From contig CAXBMO010000002.1 in the NCBI GenBank assembly GCA_963977015.1, positions 352,001-416,000 on the forward strand: DNA of 64,000 bases, written 5' to 3'. The DNA is from an uncultured bacterium. GTDB lineage: Bacteria > Verrucomicrobiota > Verrucomicrobiia > Verrucomicrobiales > DEV007. The position numbers were made by a program, and so were the translations under genes. Positions 38,520-47,863 of the stretch are shown piece after piece. Position 1 is the first letter of the stretch; every line of letters starts with the position of its first letter. The notes beneath the pieces are model-generated. The model ran no database searches. It saw only the letters and a program-made list of their open reading frames with translations, and had not been told where the DNA came from.

Positions 38520-39575
38520 ATGTCGATTCTCCCCGCCCCAAAACGCCGATTGTGGATCTGGTTCCTCTGGCTCGTCGCCTTCTACGGCGTCTGGACCTGG
38601 CTCGTTGTCGGCAAGGGACTATGGCCAGAAGCCAAGGCGAACTGGCCGATGGCCCTGGCGATGGCGATCGGCAGCTATGCGGCAGGCTCGACCCCGATGG
38701 GAGGCGGCACGGTCGGCTTCCCCATCCTGGTGCTGCTCTTCAACAAGTCCGCCGAACTCGGTCGGGATTTCAGTTTCGCGGTGCAGGCGATCGGGATGAC
38801 GAGCGCCACGATCTTCATCCTAGCCCGTCGCCAACCGCTGGCCGGCGCTCTACTCAAGGGGGCGATCCTCGGCGCCACGGTCGGGGTTCCGCTGGGCATC
38901 TTCCTGGTGGCGCCCTGGGTTCCCGCCCTTTGGATCAAGCTCACCTTTGCGGTGGTGTGGGGAAGCTTCGGGATTCTCCACCTCTGGCGGATCCGTGAGA
39001 TCGCGTCGCACGAGGGGATGACCGAGTTCGACGAAGCCTGGGACTTCCGGCTTGGACTGATGACCGGGCTGGTCGCGGGCGCCACAGTCGTCTCGGTATC
39101 GGGAGTCGGCATCGACATGGTGATCTACACGATTCTCGTCCTGGTTTGCCGAGCGGATCTCAAGATCGCCATCCCGACCTCGGTGATCATCATGGCCTAC
39201 TGTTCCGTGCTCGGCATCCTGATCAAGCTGACCTTTACCGGGGTTGAGGAGGGCGTCTTCGGCAACTGGCTGGCTGCCGCGCCGGTGGTGGCACTCGGCG
39301 CCCCGCTCGGCGTGTTCGTGGTGAGTTTGATTGGGCGGAAGCCGACCCTGATTGTGGTGGCGATTCTCTGCGTGGGACAGTTGATCTGGACCCTGGTTCG
39401 CGAGCAGGCGGTTCTCGGATTCAGCGGACTTGCCCTCTCGATTCTGGCGGTCCTGGCTTGCCTCTACGGATTCGAACGGCTTCGGACCTGGGGCGCCGTG
39501 CTGGTGGGGGAAATTCGCAAGAAGAGAGAATCGCTTCAATCTCAGGACGCCCCCATCAATCCGTCAGTACCATGA
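38520..39575 (+). CDS. TauE/SafE (sulfite exporter, TSUP) family membrane protein
   Basis: GSTPMGGGTVGFP, QAIGMTSA, AIPTSVIIMA and APVVALGAPLG; many TM segments. Confidence 0.85.
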   Translation: MSILPAPKRRLWIWFLWLVAFYGVWTWLVVGKGLWPEAKANWPMALAMAIGSYAAGSTPMGGGTVGFPILVLLFNKSAELGRDFSFAVQAIGMTSATIFILARRQPLAGALLKGAILGATVGVPLGIFLVAPWVPALWIKLTFAVVWGSFGILHLWRIREIASHEGMTEFDEAWDFRLGLMTGLVAGATVVSVSGVGIDMVIYTILVLVCRADLKIAIPTSVIIMAYCSVLGILIKLTFTGVEEGVFGNWLAAAPVVALGAPLGVFVVSLIGRKPTLIVVAILCVGQLIWTLVREQAVLGFSGLALSILAVLACLYGFERLRTWGAVLVGEIRKKRESLQSQDAPINPSVP

Positions 39576-42500
39576 TCGGCCAAAATTGCGGATTGGCGTC
39601 GCAATGCGCCCCCTTTTTCGTGGCGAGGCTCATGCCCCTGAGTCCGGGAGTACCGTCATCCATCCGGTCGTTCAAAAACAACCCGAAGCCAACCTGCGAA
39701 CCAACCTCGAGCTCCATCGGCAAGATGTATTTTCGAGCGAAGGTAATGGTATAAGCATAGCGATTTTCGGAAAGGCGGGTGAATTCGGCCTGAATCCCCT
39801 GGGCGGCTTCTTCCTTGGTCGGAAACTCGACACCGCCGGCATATTCCAGGAACACTTCGCGGAAACGGCAGACCAATGCCGGGCCGGTTTGTCCCTCCGG
39901 ATTGTTCGCGCTGAAGTCGTAGCGATAGTCGTCCAAATCGAAGCCGCCGTTGTTGAGGCGCCCGTTGGCAGCGCAGTCGAGGTAGACTTCCAGACTGCCA
40001 TCCAGTTGATGAAGATGATTCTTTTTCGCGTCCGGCGAGTTCCAGAACGTTTGGTCGTCCACGTTGAAAATGTCGTCTTCCCCCTCGACGCGCAGGTAGA
40101 GGTTTTCCTCGTCCCAAGCGACTTGAAACTGGGCCGCGAGATCGCCGGGAGTCTGCTCTTGCGCCTTCACCGGGCCATAGAGATTGCTCATCTCAATGAC
40201 CGGGATCTCGCTCCAATCCGGAGCACCATCGACCTTGGTCGCATAGAAGTAGCCCATGTCCCATTGCGTGCTCACCGGGGCCTGCTCGGGCTGCTCCAAT
40301 TTGTAGGCGAGCGCCCAGTCGTAGAGTTTTCCGGCTTGAGGATCGTCAATGCCGGGAAGGGTGGCGCTGATCTGTTGTTTGGCCGGAATGTCGAAATCCA
40401 ACGCGCCACCGTCATACTTGATGCGCCCGGCTTGCGGACGACTGGTGAGATTTTCGATCTCCGCGTTCACTTCACCGTTTAAGCTTGGCTGGAAAGCGAT
40501 CCGGACGTTGGCTCCGGCGCCAACCACATCGGCGTTCTGCAAGGCCTCGGTCAGTGCTTCGATGTCGTCACCGACGAGGTAAAGCGGCGCGGGCGTGAGC
40601 CGGATATCAACCCAGCCATCTTCAGCCACGTTCAGCGCACTGCTTCGGCCCATCATGTCGACCAGCTCCGGCAGCTTGCCGTCGAACTTCACCCGCATGA
40701 CCGGACCACGGATAAAGCCGCGCTCCACATCATCGATGGTGCACCAGACAGCGGTCACGGCCCCCATGTGAGCATCTTCAAAGGCATAACCGCGCACACC
40801 TTGCGCCGGGCGGATGTCGCCAACAAACTTAGGATCGGCCAGCAGATCCGTCAGGGTGCTGATTCCGAACAGGAAGCTATTGGGCGTCAGGTTATAATCG
40901 ACGATGGTTCGGGTATCGTCCTGCCAGGTGTTGAAGTGCTCCAGCTGCGGCCAATATTTCAGGCACATAATATATTGGCGCACCATCTTGGAGGCGTGGA
41001 GGAATTCCGTCAGGCCGATATCATAAGACGGCTGACCACCGTCATAGGAATACGTTGGCCCGTCTCCCCAGAGATTCGCGGAACCACCGCCCCCTTCATT
41101 CAGGTAAATCGGCGTTTCCTCCCCGTAACCATACTCAGCCATGCTTTCGCGCAGCATTTGCAGGGATTCATCCAGATCGCCCGCGCCCAAAGTTCCATCA
41201 ATCGAACCGTAGGGATGCACCGCAACCGCATCCCATTTGACCTTGCCCTGCGTCGTGCGGAGAAAGCCGTCGATGTCTTTCTTTCCGCGCGTTTCGCCAT
41301 AACCGGATGTTCCTCCGGAGGGCAGCACGATGGCATCCGGGTTGCCCTTCTTGATGCCGCGATAAAAGGCGACCATCAGCTTGGCGAATTCCTCGTAGTC
41401 CTTGTTCTTGAAAATGGAGGGGAAGCAGATCTCCTCTTCGGTGCCGAACGACCAGACGCGGATGTAAGGACACTTCCGCGCTGCTCGCTCGCTCATTTCT
41501 TCGACCTGGGCCACGATCTCGTCCGAGTAAGTTTCGAGCAGCGTGACCGGCTCCCCTTTGTTCTCGAATCGCTTCCAAACCCGGAAATTCAGGCTGCGCA
41601 TCAACTGAAGATCCGGGTGCAACGCCCTGATTTCTTCCCGGGTAAGATGAGGAAAATTGGACAGGCTGTGCGTGTAGTCGGTCAGGTTGTATTTTTCGCG
41701 AATCTCGTAAAGGAGAGGTTCCTGGATTGCTCCGGCGCCGTAACTGGTCGAGCCGGTGAAGCCCATGCGCTGCATCAACTCGATCCGCTCCTCCTCCCGG
41801 TTGATCCGTGCCGTGACCAGGGCGCCGTAGAGGTCTTTGGTGACAAAGTCATTCGCCTTCGATTTGATGATGCCGAAGCGGTAATAATCATAATAAGCCT
41901 CCGCTCCCGGCAATTCAAAATGAGCCTTGAGCCCAAAACTGCCCCGCTCCAGCCCCAGTTCGTCGAACGGTAATTCAAGGGTTAACCCGCCGCGGCAGTC
42001 GTAAGTCTTCGTCCAGACCGGTTGTTTGAAAAAGTCTTCCAGCGTGAGGGTCACGTTGCCCAGGGTCGCCTCGTCTCCGCTGATCTTAAAACGAGCCGCA
42101 ACGGCCTGCCCCGCCTCGATATTGTTCTGAGGATGGGAGGTCACGAGCAGACCTTCCAAAGGAGGCGCGACAAACTCGGTCGGTTCGGCACCCGCTTCAT
42201 ACTGAATCCCGTCGATCCAGACTTTGCCTCGGTTGTTGGTCGCATTCACGACGAACGAAGTGGGCGTCCCGTCGGAGACAAACGAAAAGGAGAAGCGCTG
42301 CCATTCCGTAGTGAGCTTGTTTCGTTCCCCGCGATAAACGGTGCTGCGTGTAAACTGTCCGCCGTCCTTGCTGCTCAGGGGGGCGAGCAACACCCCCGCG
42401 CCCGCATTCTCGGCTTTCGCATAATAGCTGACCGTGTAAGTCTTGCCCTTGGCACCCGGCACCGAAAAGCTGCGCAGCGTCTGGCTCCCAAACTGAACGG

Positions 42501-43587
42501 GGTTGATGACCATGGCGCTCGATCCATCGAGGCCGCCCTCCGGATCCACCCCGAAACGGAGCACATCGGAACGTTCGTAGGTCGCGCCGCCATACCACCA
42601 ACGCCAATAGCGCATGCCCTGCTCAAAGCCGGGGTTGGGAAAGAGGTTGCGTGTCGGTGACTGCGGCAAATGCAGCGCATCCTGGGTCCAGAGATCGTGC
42701 CCTTCCACCGGCGGCGGCGCGTCTTGGTCCGGCGGAGCGACTTCACCAAAATCGATAATCATCGAGTCCTGGGGATTGGTGCCGCGAAACATGAAACCAA
42801 GGCCGATCCGTTTGTATTGATAGATTTCGCGCAGGCTCCCCTTGAGGCCGGACTTCGAGACGATCTCGAAACCGTAGAGCGGCTTGTTCGGCGCATAGGT
42901 CATGGTTTGCAGCGTGCCGTTCCAGATCGTCAGACGCTCATTTTCATGGGCTTTCAGCTCGTCGACAGGCTTCGGCACAATACTCGTGCCATCGATCTGG
43001 ATGTCATCCTTGCGGTAATCACCACCGATATCGAAGTAGATAAGATAACTCCCAATATTCTCGCCAGCCTTGCGGAATGTCTCGACCTGCTCCGCCGTGC
43101 AGCCGATGTCCCAACTCAGCTCAGCCCGGCTTTCACCCAACGATTTCAAGGTATAGGCGAATTCGGCTTCGGTTCCATCCGGCAGTGGATAGGGATTGCT
43201 CAGGCGGATGGTCCCCGTTTTCGGGTCGGCCTCCAATGCCATCGCTTCACTGGCCCCGTTTCCTACGAGGATACACTTCATGATCGGCTCTTCATTCACG
43301 TAGAGCGTCATCACATTATCTCTCCCCGTTTCCTTGACGTTGAGCTTTTGCTCTCGCGTCGCCACGCGCTTATTTCCGAAGACCAATGACGCCGCCAACG
43401 CGGGCTGATTGTTATCCCGCTTATCCAGGAAGGTCTCCGCGCGAAGTTCCCCGTCGACTCGCACTCCCTGGGTGATTTCGAAGGGCGGCGTATAGCCGGG
43501 GCCATTGAGGGTCGGATTTTCCTCAGCCAACGCGGTCAGGCTGAGACCCAACAGCAAACCGAGGGAGAGAGAAAGTCGAAGAATCAT
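39556..43587 (-). CDS. Large exported carbohydrate-active protein: CBM4/9-like domain, clan GH-A-like barrel and C-terminal CBM9/DOMON-like domain
   Basis: Signal peptide; NLFPNPGFEQG...WIDGIQYEAG; AVAVHPY and IYLNEGG; QVAWDEENLYLRVEGEDD...DGSLEVYLD. Confidence 0.7.
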   Translation of the reverse strand: MILRLSLSLGLLLGLSLTALAEENPTLNGPGYTPPFEITQGVRVDGELRAETFLDKRDNNQPALAASLVFGNKRVATREQKLNVKETGRDNVMTLYVNEEPIMKCILVGNGASEAMALEADPKTGTIRLSNPYPLPDGTEAEFAYTLKSLGESRAELSWDIGCTAEQVETFRKAGENIGSYLIYFDIGGDYRKDDIQIDGTSIVPKPVDELKAHENERLTIWNGTLQTMTYAPNKPLYGFEIVSKSGLKGSLREIYQYKRIGLGFMFRGTNPQDSMIIDFGEVAPPDQDAPPPVEGHDLWTQDALHLPQSPTRNLFPNPGFEQGMRYWRWWYGGATYERSDVLRFGVDPEGGLDGSSAMVINPVQFGSQTLRSFSVPGAKGKTYTVSYYAKAENAGAGVLLAPLSSKDGGQFTRSTVYRGERNKLTTEWQRFSFSFVSDGTPTSFVVNATNNRGKVWIDGIQYEAGAEPTEFVAPPLEGLLVTSHPQNNIEAGQAVAARFKISGDEATLGNVTLTLEDFFKQPVWTKTYDCRGGLTLELPFDELGLERGSFGLKAHFELPGAEAYYDYYRFGIIKSKANDFVTKDLYGALVTARINREEERIELMQRMGFTGSTSYGAGAIQEPLLYEIREKYNLTDYTHSLSNFPHLTREEIRALHPDLQLMRSLNFRVWKRFENKGEPVTLLETYSDEIVAQVEEMSERAARKCPYIRVWSFGTEEEICFPSIFKNKDYEEFAKLMVAFYRGIKKGNPDAIVLPSGGTSGYGETRGKKDIDGFLRTTQGKVKWDAVAVHPYGSIDGTLGAGDLDESLQMLRESMAEYGYGEETPIYLNEGGGGSANLWGDGPTYSYDGGQPSYDIGLTEFLHASKMVRQYIMCLKYWPQLEHFNTWQDDTRTIVDYNLTPNSFLFGISTLTDLLADPKFVGDIRPAQGVRGYAFEDAHMGAVTAVWCTIDDVERGFIRGPVMRVKFDGKLPELVDMMGRSSALNVAEDGWVDIRLTPAPLYLVGDDIEALTEALQNADVVGAGANVRIAFQPSLNGEVNAEIENLTSRPQAGRIKYDGGALDFDIPAKQQISATLPGIDDPQAGKLYDWALAYKLEQPEQAPVSTQWDMGYFYATKVDGAPDWSEIPVIEMSNLYGPVKAQEQTPGDLAAQFQVAWDEENLYLRVEGEDDIFNVDDQTFWNSPDAKKNHLHQLDGSLEVYLDCAANGRLNNGGFDLDDYRYDFSANNPEGQTGPALVCRFREVFLEYAGGVEFPTKEEAAQGIQAEFTRLSENRYAYTITFARKYILPMELEVGSQVGFGLFLNDRMDDGTPGLRGMSLATKKGAHCDANPQFWPIMVLTD

Positions 43588-43785
43588 CGTGTATGGGGTT
43601 ATGAAAGAGGGGTGTTTAGATTGTGGATTTGGACACCTCAGGTTGCAGCATCCCGCCAGCTTCGCCTGGATGACCTCCGTGATTGCTTCGGCCAAAGGCG
43701 GCACTCAGGAACGAGTATCCCTGCATGGATACCACCGCAGCTTCCGGAAACCAACGCGCCGGATGATCCGTGATCCACCACTGCT

Positions 43786-45078
43786 TCAGTATTTCGGAAA
43801 AATGGCCGGAGTCGGGAAGCGGTCTTCGTGGCCAGCTTTGTGATCTTGCAGATATTCCTCCCGCGGAATATGGAGATCGGGCCAACTGGCTGGGCGGATG
43901 CGAACCACTCGTGCGGGCCGAATGCCCTCGGTGATGAGATCGGTCTCATAGCGAATCCGGATGCCGCTGCTCCCCAGAGGAACCGCCCCGTCTGTTTTGG
44001 TGACTTCCTGGATGGGACCTCTCGAGGCCATTTGGGAGGTGCCTGCCGACCCACCGGCCCAATGCTTCAGCGTATTCTCGGACGCGGCCATCAGAGCCTG
44101 GCTCCCTTTCTTGAAATCGGCGTAGAGCGAATCGTCCATGCCGCCGAAAAGGGTCGCGGTCACGGTGGCGCGACCGAACTTGCCATACTCGACCGTATCG
44201 ACCCTGGCGGGCATCCAGCGGCTGCGGATGAAAGCCTTGTGCGTTTCATTCTGATTGCGGGCAGCGCGCTGCATCGCCGCGTCATCCAGCCAGATGTCCG
44301 AGATGTGAAACCGGGTGAACACTCCGCCCGGGGTGGGTTTCCAGGTGATCCCGAGCAGGACGGCTTGGTCATCGAGGGATTTCGTTCCGCTGGCCGGCCA
44401 GATGCCCTCGGCAACCAGGTCATTGAGTTCAAGGAACTCGCGACCGCGCCAGATGCGGGTGGCGGCGTCAATGGTCATCGTTTCTTCGCTGGCCTTGCCG
44501 TCTCCGCCCTCCTTCGGTTCGCGACGGGCGACGATCATCCCCTGGTTGTCCTTGAACTCCACCTGCTTCAGTTTCCAGACTTTCCCTTCGCGAAGGCAAT
44601 GGCTGGGCTCGTCTTCGAGGAGCAGAACGTGATTCTCGGCAGGAAAGATGCCCGCGCCCCGATTGTTGTCCGCGTCCCTCGTCTTGCTGTTGACCGGCAG
44701 CACCGGCACGGCAGAGGTCTTCGGGTCAGGCGGAAGAAAGGCGCGGACGTGCAGGACCGTCCCGAGCGGGATGTCCCGAAGGTCCGCCGACGCGCCGTGA
44801 TAGCGGACGATCCCGTAGGGGAGCATGGCGAAAGGATGCGGATCGTTTTTGCGGAAAACACCCGTCCCTTGCACGCGGATGCTGCCGCGACGGTTGGCGT
44901 GATCCACGAACACAAGTTCGCCCCGGTAGGTGTGCGCCTTTTCCAGGGGAGGAAACTTCCCGGCCTCGGGGCGGAAGGGTTCGGCTCCCGGTTCTTCGCC
45001 GACGGCAGCCGCATGGACGAAGAACGAACCAACAAGCGCCAGCAAAGGCGCAATCCGGTACAAAGAATGCGAAGCCAT
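43786..45078 (-). CDS. Exported hypothetical protein, tandem paralogue A
   Basis: Signal peptide; strongly similar to 45078-46400; TGATG coupling with paralogue B. Confidence 0.85.
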   Translation of the reverse strand: MASHSLYRIAPLLALVGSFFVHAAAVGEEPGAEPFRPEAGKFPPLEKAHTYRGELVFVDHANRRGSIRVQGTGVFRKNDPHPFAMLPYGIVRYHGASADLRDIPLGTVLHVRAFLPPDPKTSAVPVLPVNSKTRDADNNRGAGIFPAENHVLLLEDEPSHCLREGKVWKLKQVEFKDNQGMIVARREPKEGGDGKASEETMTIDAATRIWRGREFLELNDLVAEGIWPASGTKSLDDQAVLLGITWKPTPGGVFTRFHISDIWLDDAAMQRAARNQNETHKAFIRSRWMPARVDTVEYGKFGRATVTATLFGGMDDSLYADFKKGSQALMAASENTLKHWAGGSAGTSQMASRGPIQEVTKTDGAVPLGSSGIRIRYETDLITEGIRPARVVRIRPASWPDLHIPREEYLQDHKAGHEDRFPTPAIFPKY

Positions 45079-46400
45079 CAATATTTCGGGAAAATGTCAG
45101 GTGTCGGGAAACGGGCTTCAATACTGGTCAAGCCGTCGTCGAGATATTCCTCACGGGGAACATTAACCTGGGGCCAGTCGGCAGGGCGGACTCGGACGAC
45201 ACGACCGGGGCGGATCCCCTCGGTGATGAGGTCTGTCTTAAAATGGATCTGGATGCCGCTGCTGCCCAGCGGTGTCTCGCCTTCGGTTTTGATGACATCG
45301 AGGAAGGGACCTTTGCAGGCCATGTGTGCGGGGCCATAAGTTCCGTGACCATGCTTCAGGGTATTCTCGACCGGGCTCATCAGAGCGGAGACACCCTTCT
45401 TGAAGTCGGCGTAAAGGGAGGCGTCCATCCCGCCGAACAAAGTAGCGGTCACCTGCGCCTGGCCGAACTTGCCATACTCGACCGCATCGACCCGCGCGGG
45501 CATCCAGCGGCTTCGGATGAAGGCCTTGTGCGTCTCGGTCTGATTTTGGGCAGCGCGCTGCATCGCGATGTCGTCCAGCCAGACGTCCGAGATGTGAAAG
45601 CGGGTGAACACTCCGCCCGGCGTCGGCTTCCAAGTGATTCCGAGCTGGACCGCCTGACCTTCGAGAGGTTTCTTCCCGCTGGCGGGCCAGATTCCTTCGT
45701 CGATGAGATCCTTCACGCCGAGCTGCTTGCGACCGCGCCAGAAACGGGTGGCGGCGTCGAAAGTCATCGTTTCCTCCTCAGCGCCAGCGTCTGCGCCTTC
45801 CTTCGGTGCGCGTTTGGCGATGATGATTCCCGCGTTATTTTTGAGGTCCACCTCCTTCAGCTTCCAGACCTTGCCCTCTCGCTGGCAGTGACTGGGCTCA
45901 TCTTCAAGGAGCAGGACGTGGTTTTCGGCAGGCGCAATCCCGGCGCCGCTGTAACCCGCGGTTTTCTTCCGGTTATCGACCGGCAACACCGGCACGACGG
46001 ATGTTTTCGGGTCCGGCGGGAGAAACGCCCGGACGTGGAGGACGGTTCCGAGGGGAATGTCCCGGAGATCCGCCGGCGCGCCGTGATAGCTGACAATACC
46101 ATACGGGAGCATGGCGAAGGGATGCGGAGGGTTGCGGAAATACGTGCCCGCCCCTGCCACGCGAAGGCTGCCGCGGCGGTTGGCATGGTCCACAAAGACG
46201 AGTTCGCCGCGATAGGCATACGCCTTTTCCAGAGGGGGAAATTCCTCCGCTTTGGGGCGGAAAATTTCCGATTCAGGTTCCCCGGCCACGGCAGATGCGT
46301 GGACGAGAACCAAACCAGCAAGTAACAACAGCGATGAACGAAACATGAACTGGAAACTCGAAACCAGGAACCAGGGATGAGGAACAATAAATGGTTTCAT
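45078..46400 (-). CDS. Exported hypothetical protein, tandem paralogue B
   Basis: Signal peptide; ATGA overlap with the DUF1552 stop; shares [14 protein letters not shown] and the ...RFPTPxIFPKY end with paralogue A. Confidence 0.85.
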   Translation of the reverse strand: MKPFIVPHPWFLVSSFQFMFRSSLLLLAGLVLVHASAVAGEPESEIFRPKAEEFPPLEKAYAYRGELVFVDHANRRGSLRVAGAGTYFRNPPHPFAMLPYGIVSYHGAPADLRDIPLGTVLHVRAFLPPDPKTSVVPVLPVDNRKKTAGYSGAGIAPAENHVLLLEDEPSHCQREGKVWKLKEVDLKNNAGIIIAKRAPKEGADAGAEEETMTFDAATRFWRGRKQLGVKDLIDEGIWPASGKKPLEGQAVQLGITWKPTPGGVFTRFHISDVWLDDIAMQRAAQNQTETHKAFIRSRWMPARVDAVEYGKFGQAQVTATLFGGMDASLYADFKKGVSALMSPVENTLKHGHGTYGPAHMACKGPFLDVIKTEGETPLGSSGIQIHFKTDLITEGIRPGRVVRVRPADWPQVNVPREEYLDDGLTSIEARFPTPDIFPKY

Positions 46401-47752
46401 ACCTCGATCACGCTATTGCTATCACCAAACTGATCGGTCTCGACTCCCATGCGCTGGGCCATCAGCAGCAACAGATTGCTCATGTGGGCGTCCGAGTTTG
46501 CCGGGCGACTGCAAAGCCGGTAGTGTTCACCGGGCTTATCGAGTTGGTAACCGTCAAAGTGACCCTGATTGAAGTCGAGATGGCTGCCATGCTTCAGACC
46601 GAGGTCCGAACCGCCGGCGAACACCAGCGGCAGGTTGGCGTTGCCGTGGCTGTGGCCATAGGACATCCCGCTGCCGAAGAGCGCCATGGTTGAGCCGAGC
46701 AACGGCTGGCCGCCGAGGTCCTTCGTCTCCGCGAGGCGGGTGAGGAAGTAACCGAACTGCTCAATGGCGAAGGTGTCGTAGTTGGTAAGCTTCTCCATGT
46801 AGCCCTGATCTCCGCCGTGGTGACTGAGCTGATGGCGCGACTCGGTGATGCCAATTTCCGGAATGGCGATGGCCTGGCCTTCACCACCAAGGCTGAAAGT
46901 CGCCACACGGGTCACGTCCGTCTGGAACGCGAGCACCATCAAATCATAAACCGTGCGGAAGTAGTCGCCCGCCTGGGTTTTGGCGATGTCACGGTTGGTG
47001 CGCTTGCGGTCGGATTCGGAGATATCAGGAAGCGGGGTGTCGAGCCAGGTATCGGCCCGCCGGGTGCGGATCTCCGCCTCTCGCACGGAGGTGAGGTATT
47101 GGTCGAGTCGACCCTTGTCATCCGCTCCCATCTTTTTCTCCAGCCGGCGCACTTCGGCGAGGTTGTCATCGAGGACGCTGGCTTTGCGGCGCAATTCGTT
47201 TCGCCGGGCATCGATGCCGCCCTTTGGTTCCTCAAAGAGAGACGCGAAGATTTCGCTGCAACGACGCATTGCCGGCAGTTGGACGCCATCCGCGGTCCAG
47301 GCGAGAGAGCCCTGGGTGATGGCGATCTCCATCGAGGGGTAACGGGTATGTTGCCCGGTGATTTCGGCCATCTTTTGGTCCACCGAAATGGTATTGCGAG
47401 ACGACGGACCGATTTTTCCGCCGGTCAGAAAGATGTCGATGCAGTTGTGATGGTGGCCGATACTTCCCGGATGGTGCAGGCCACTAACGGGCGTGATAAC
47501 ATCACGGTGTTTCTCAAGCGGCTTGAGCGAGCGGGAAAACTCATAGTCTTTCCCCGGTGTGGTGATCTGGTAGTTCAGCGAATGAACTCCGTTCGCGAGG
47601 TAGATAAATGCACTGCGTCGGGGCGTGGTGGTTTTCTCCGCCGCCGCGAGCGGAACCATGCATTCCAGCATGGGCAGCGAGATGAAGGTGCCCATCGCGC
47701 GAAGGGCGTGGCGGCGGTCGATCCGCCAAGACTGGGTTTGAATATTGCTCAT
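46397..47752 (-). CDS. DUF1552 (HXXSHH) family protein
   Basis: RRHALRAMG Tat-like N-terminus, [29 protein letters not shown] and [10 protein letters not shown]. Confidence 0.92.
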   Translation of the reverse strand: MSNIQTQSWRIDRRHALRAMGTFISLPMLECMVPLAAAEKTTTPRRSAFIYLANGVHSLNYQITTPGKDYEFSRSLKPLEKHRDVITPVSGLHHPGSIGHHHNCIDIFLTGGKIGPSSRNTISVDQKMAEITGQHTRYPSMEIAITQGSLAWTADGVQLPAMRRCSEIFASLFEEPKGGIDARRNELRRKASVLDDNLAEVRRLEKKMGADDKGRLDQYLTSVREAEIRTRRADTWLDTPLPDISESDRKRTNRDIAKTQAGDYFRTVYDLMVLAFQTDVTRVATFSLGGEGQAIAIPEIGITESRHQLSHHGGDQGYMEKLTNYDTFAIEQFGYFLTRLAETKDLGGQPLLGSTMALFGSGMSYGHSHGNANLPLVFAGGSDLGLKHGSHLDFNQGHFDGYQLDKPGEHYRLCSRPANSDAHMSNLLLLMAQRMGVETDQFGDSNSVIEV

Positions 47753-47863
47753 GGGTTTTCAGTAAATTTTGTCCTTACTCCTACTTTGTTGAGTCCCCTT
47801 CATCAAAGTAGAATTAGGCAGATTTCCATTGGTGGTTAGGGCGGGCGAAGCTTGTCGGTGATG

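Noticed and set aside
37549-38799. 416-aa plus-strand ORF
   Set aside because: Overlaps the clear lysR gene on the opposite strand and has a low-complexity Arg/Pro/Gly composition.
43828-46325. 503-aa and 360-aa plus-strand ORFs with mutual similarity
   Set aside because: Antisense to the tandem paralogues; their similarity simply mirrors the duplication.
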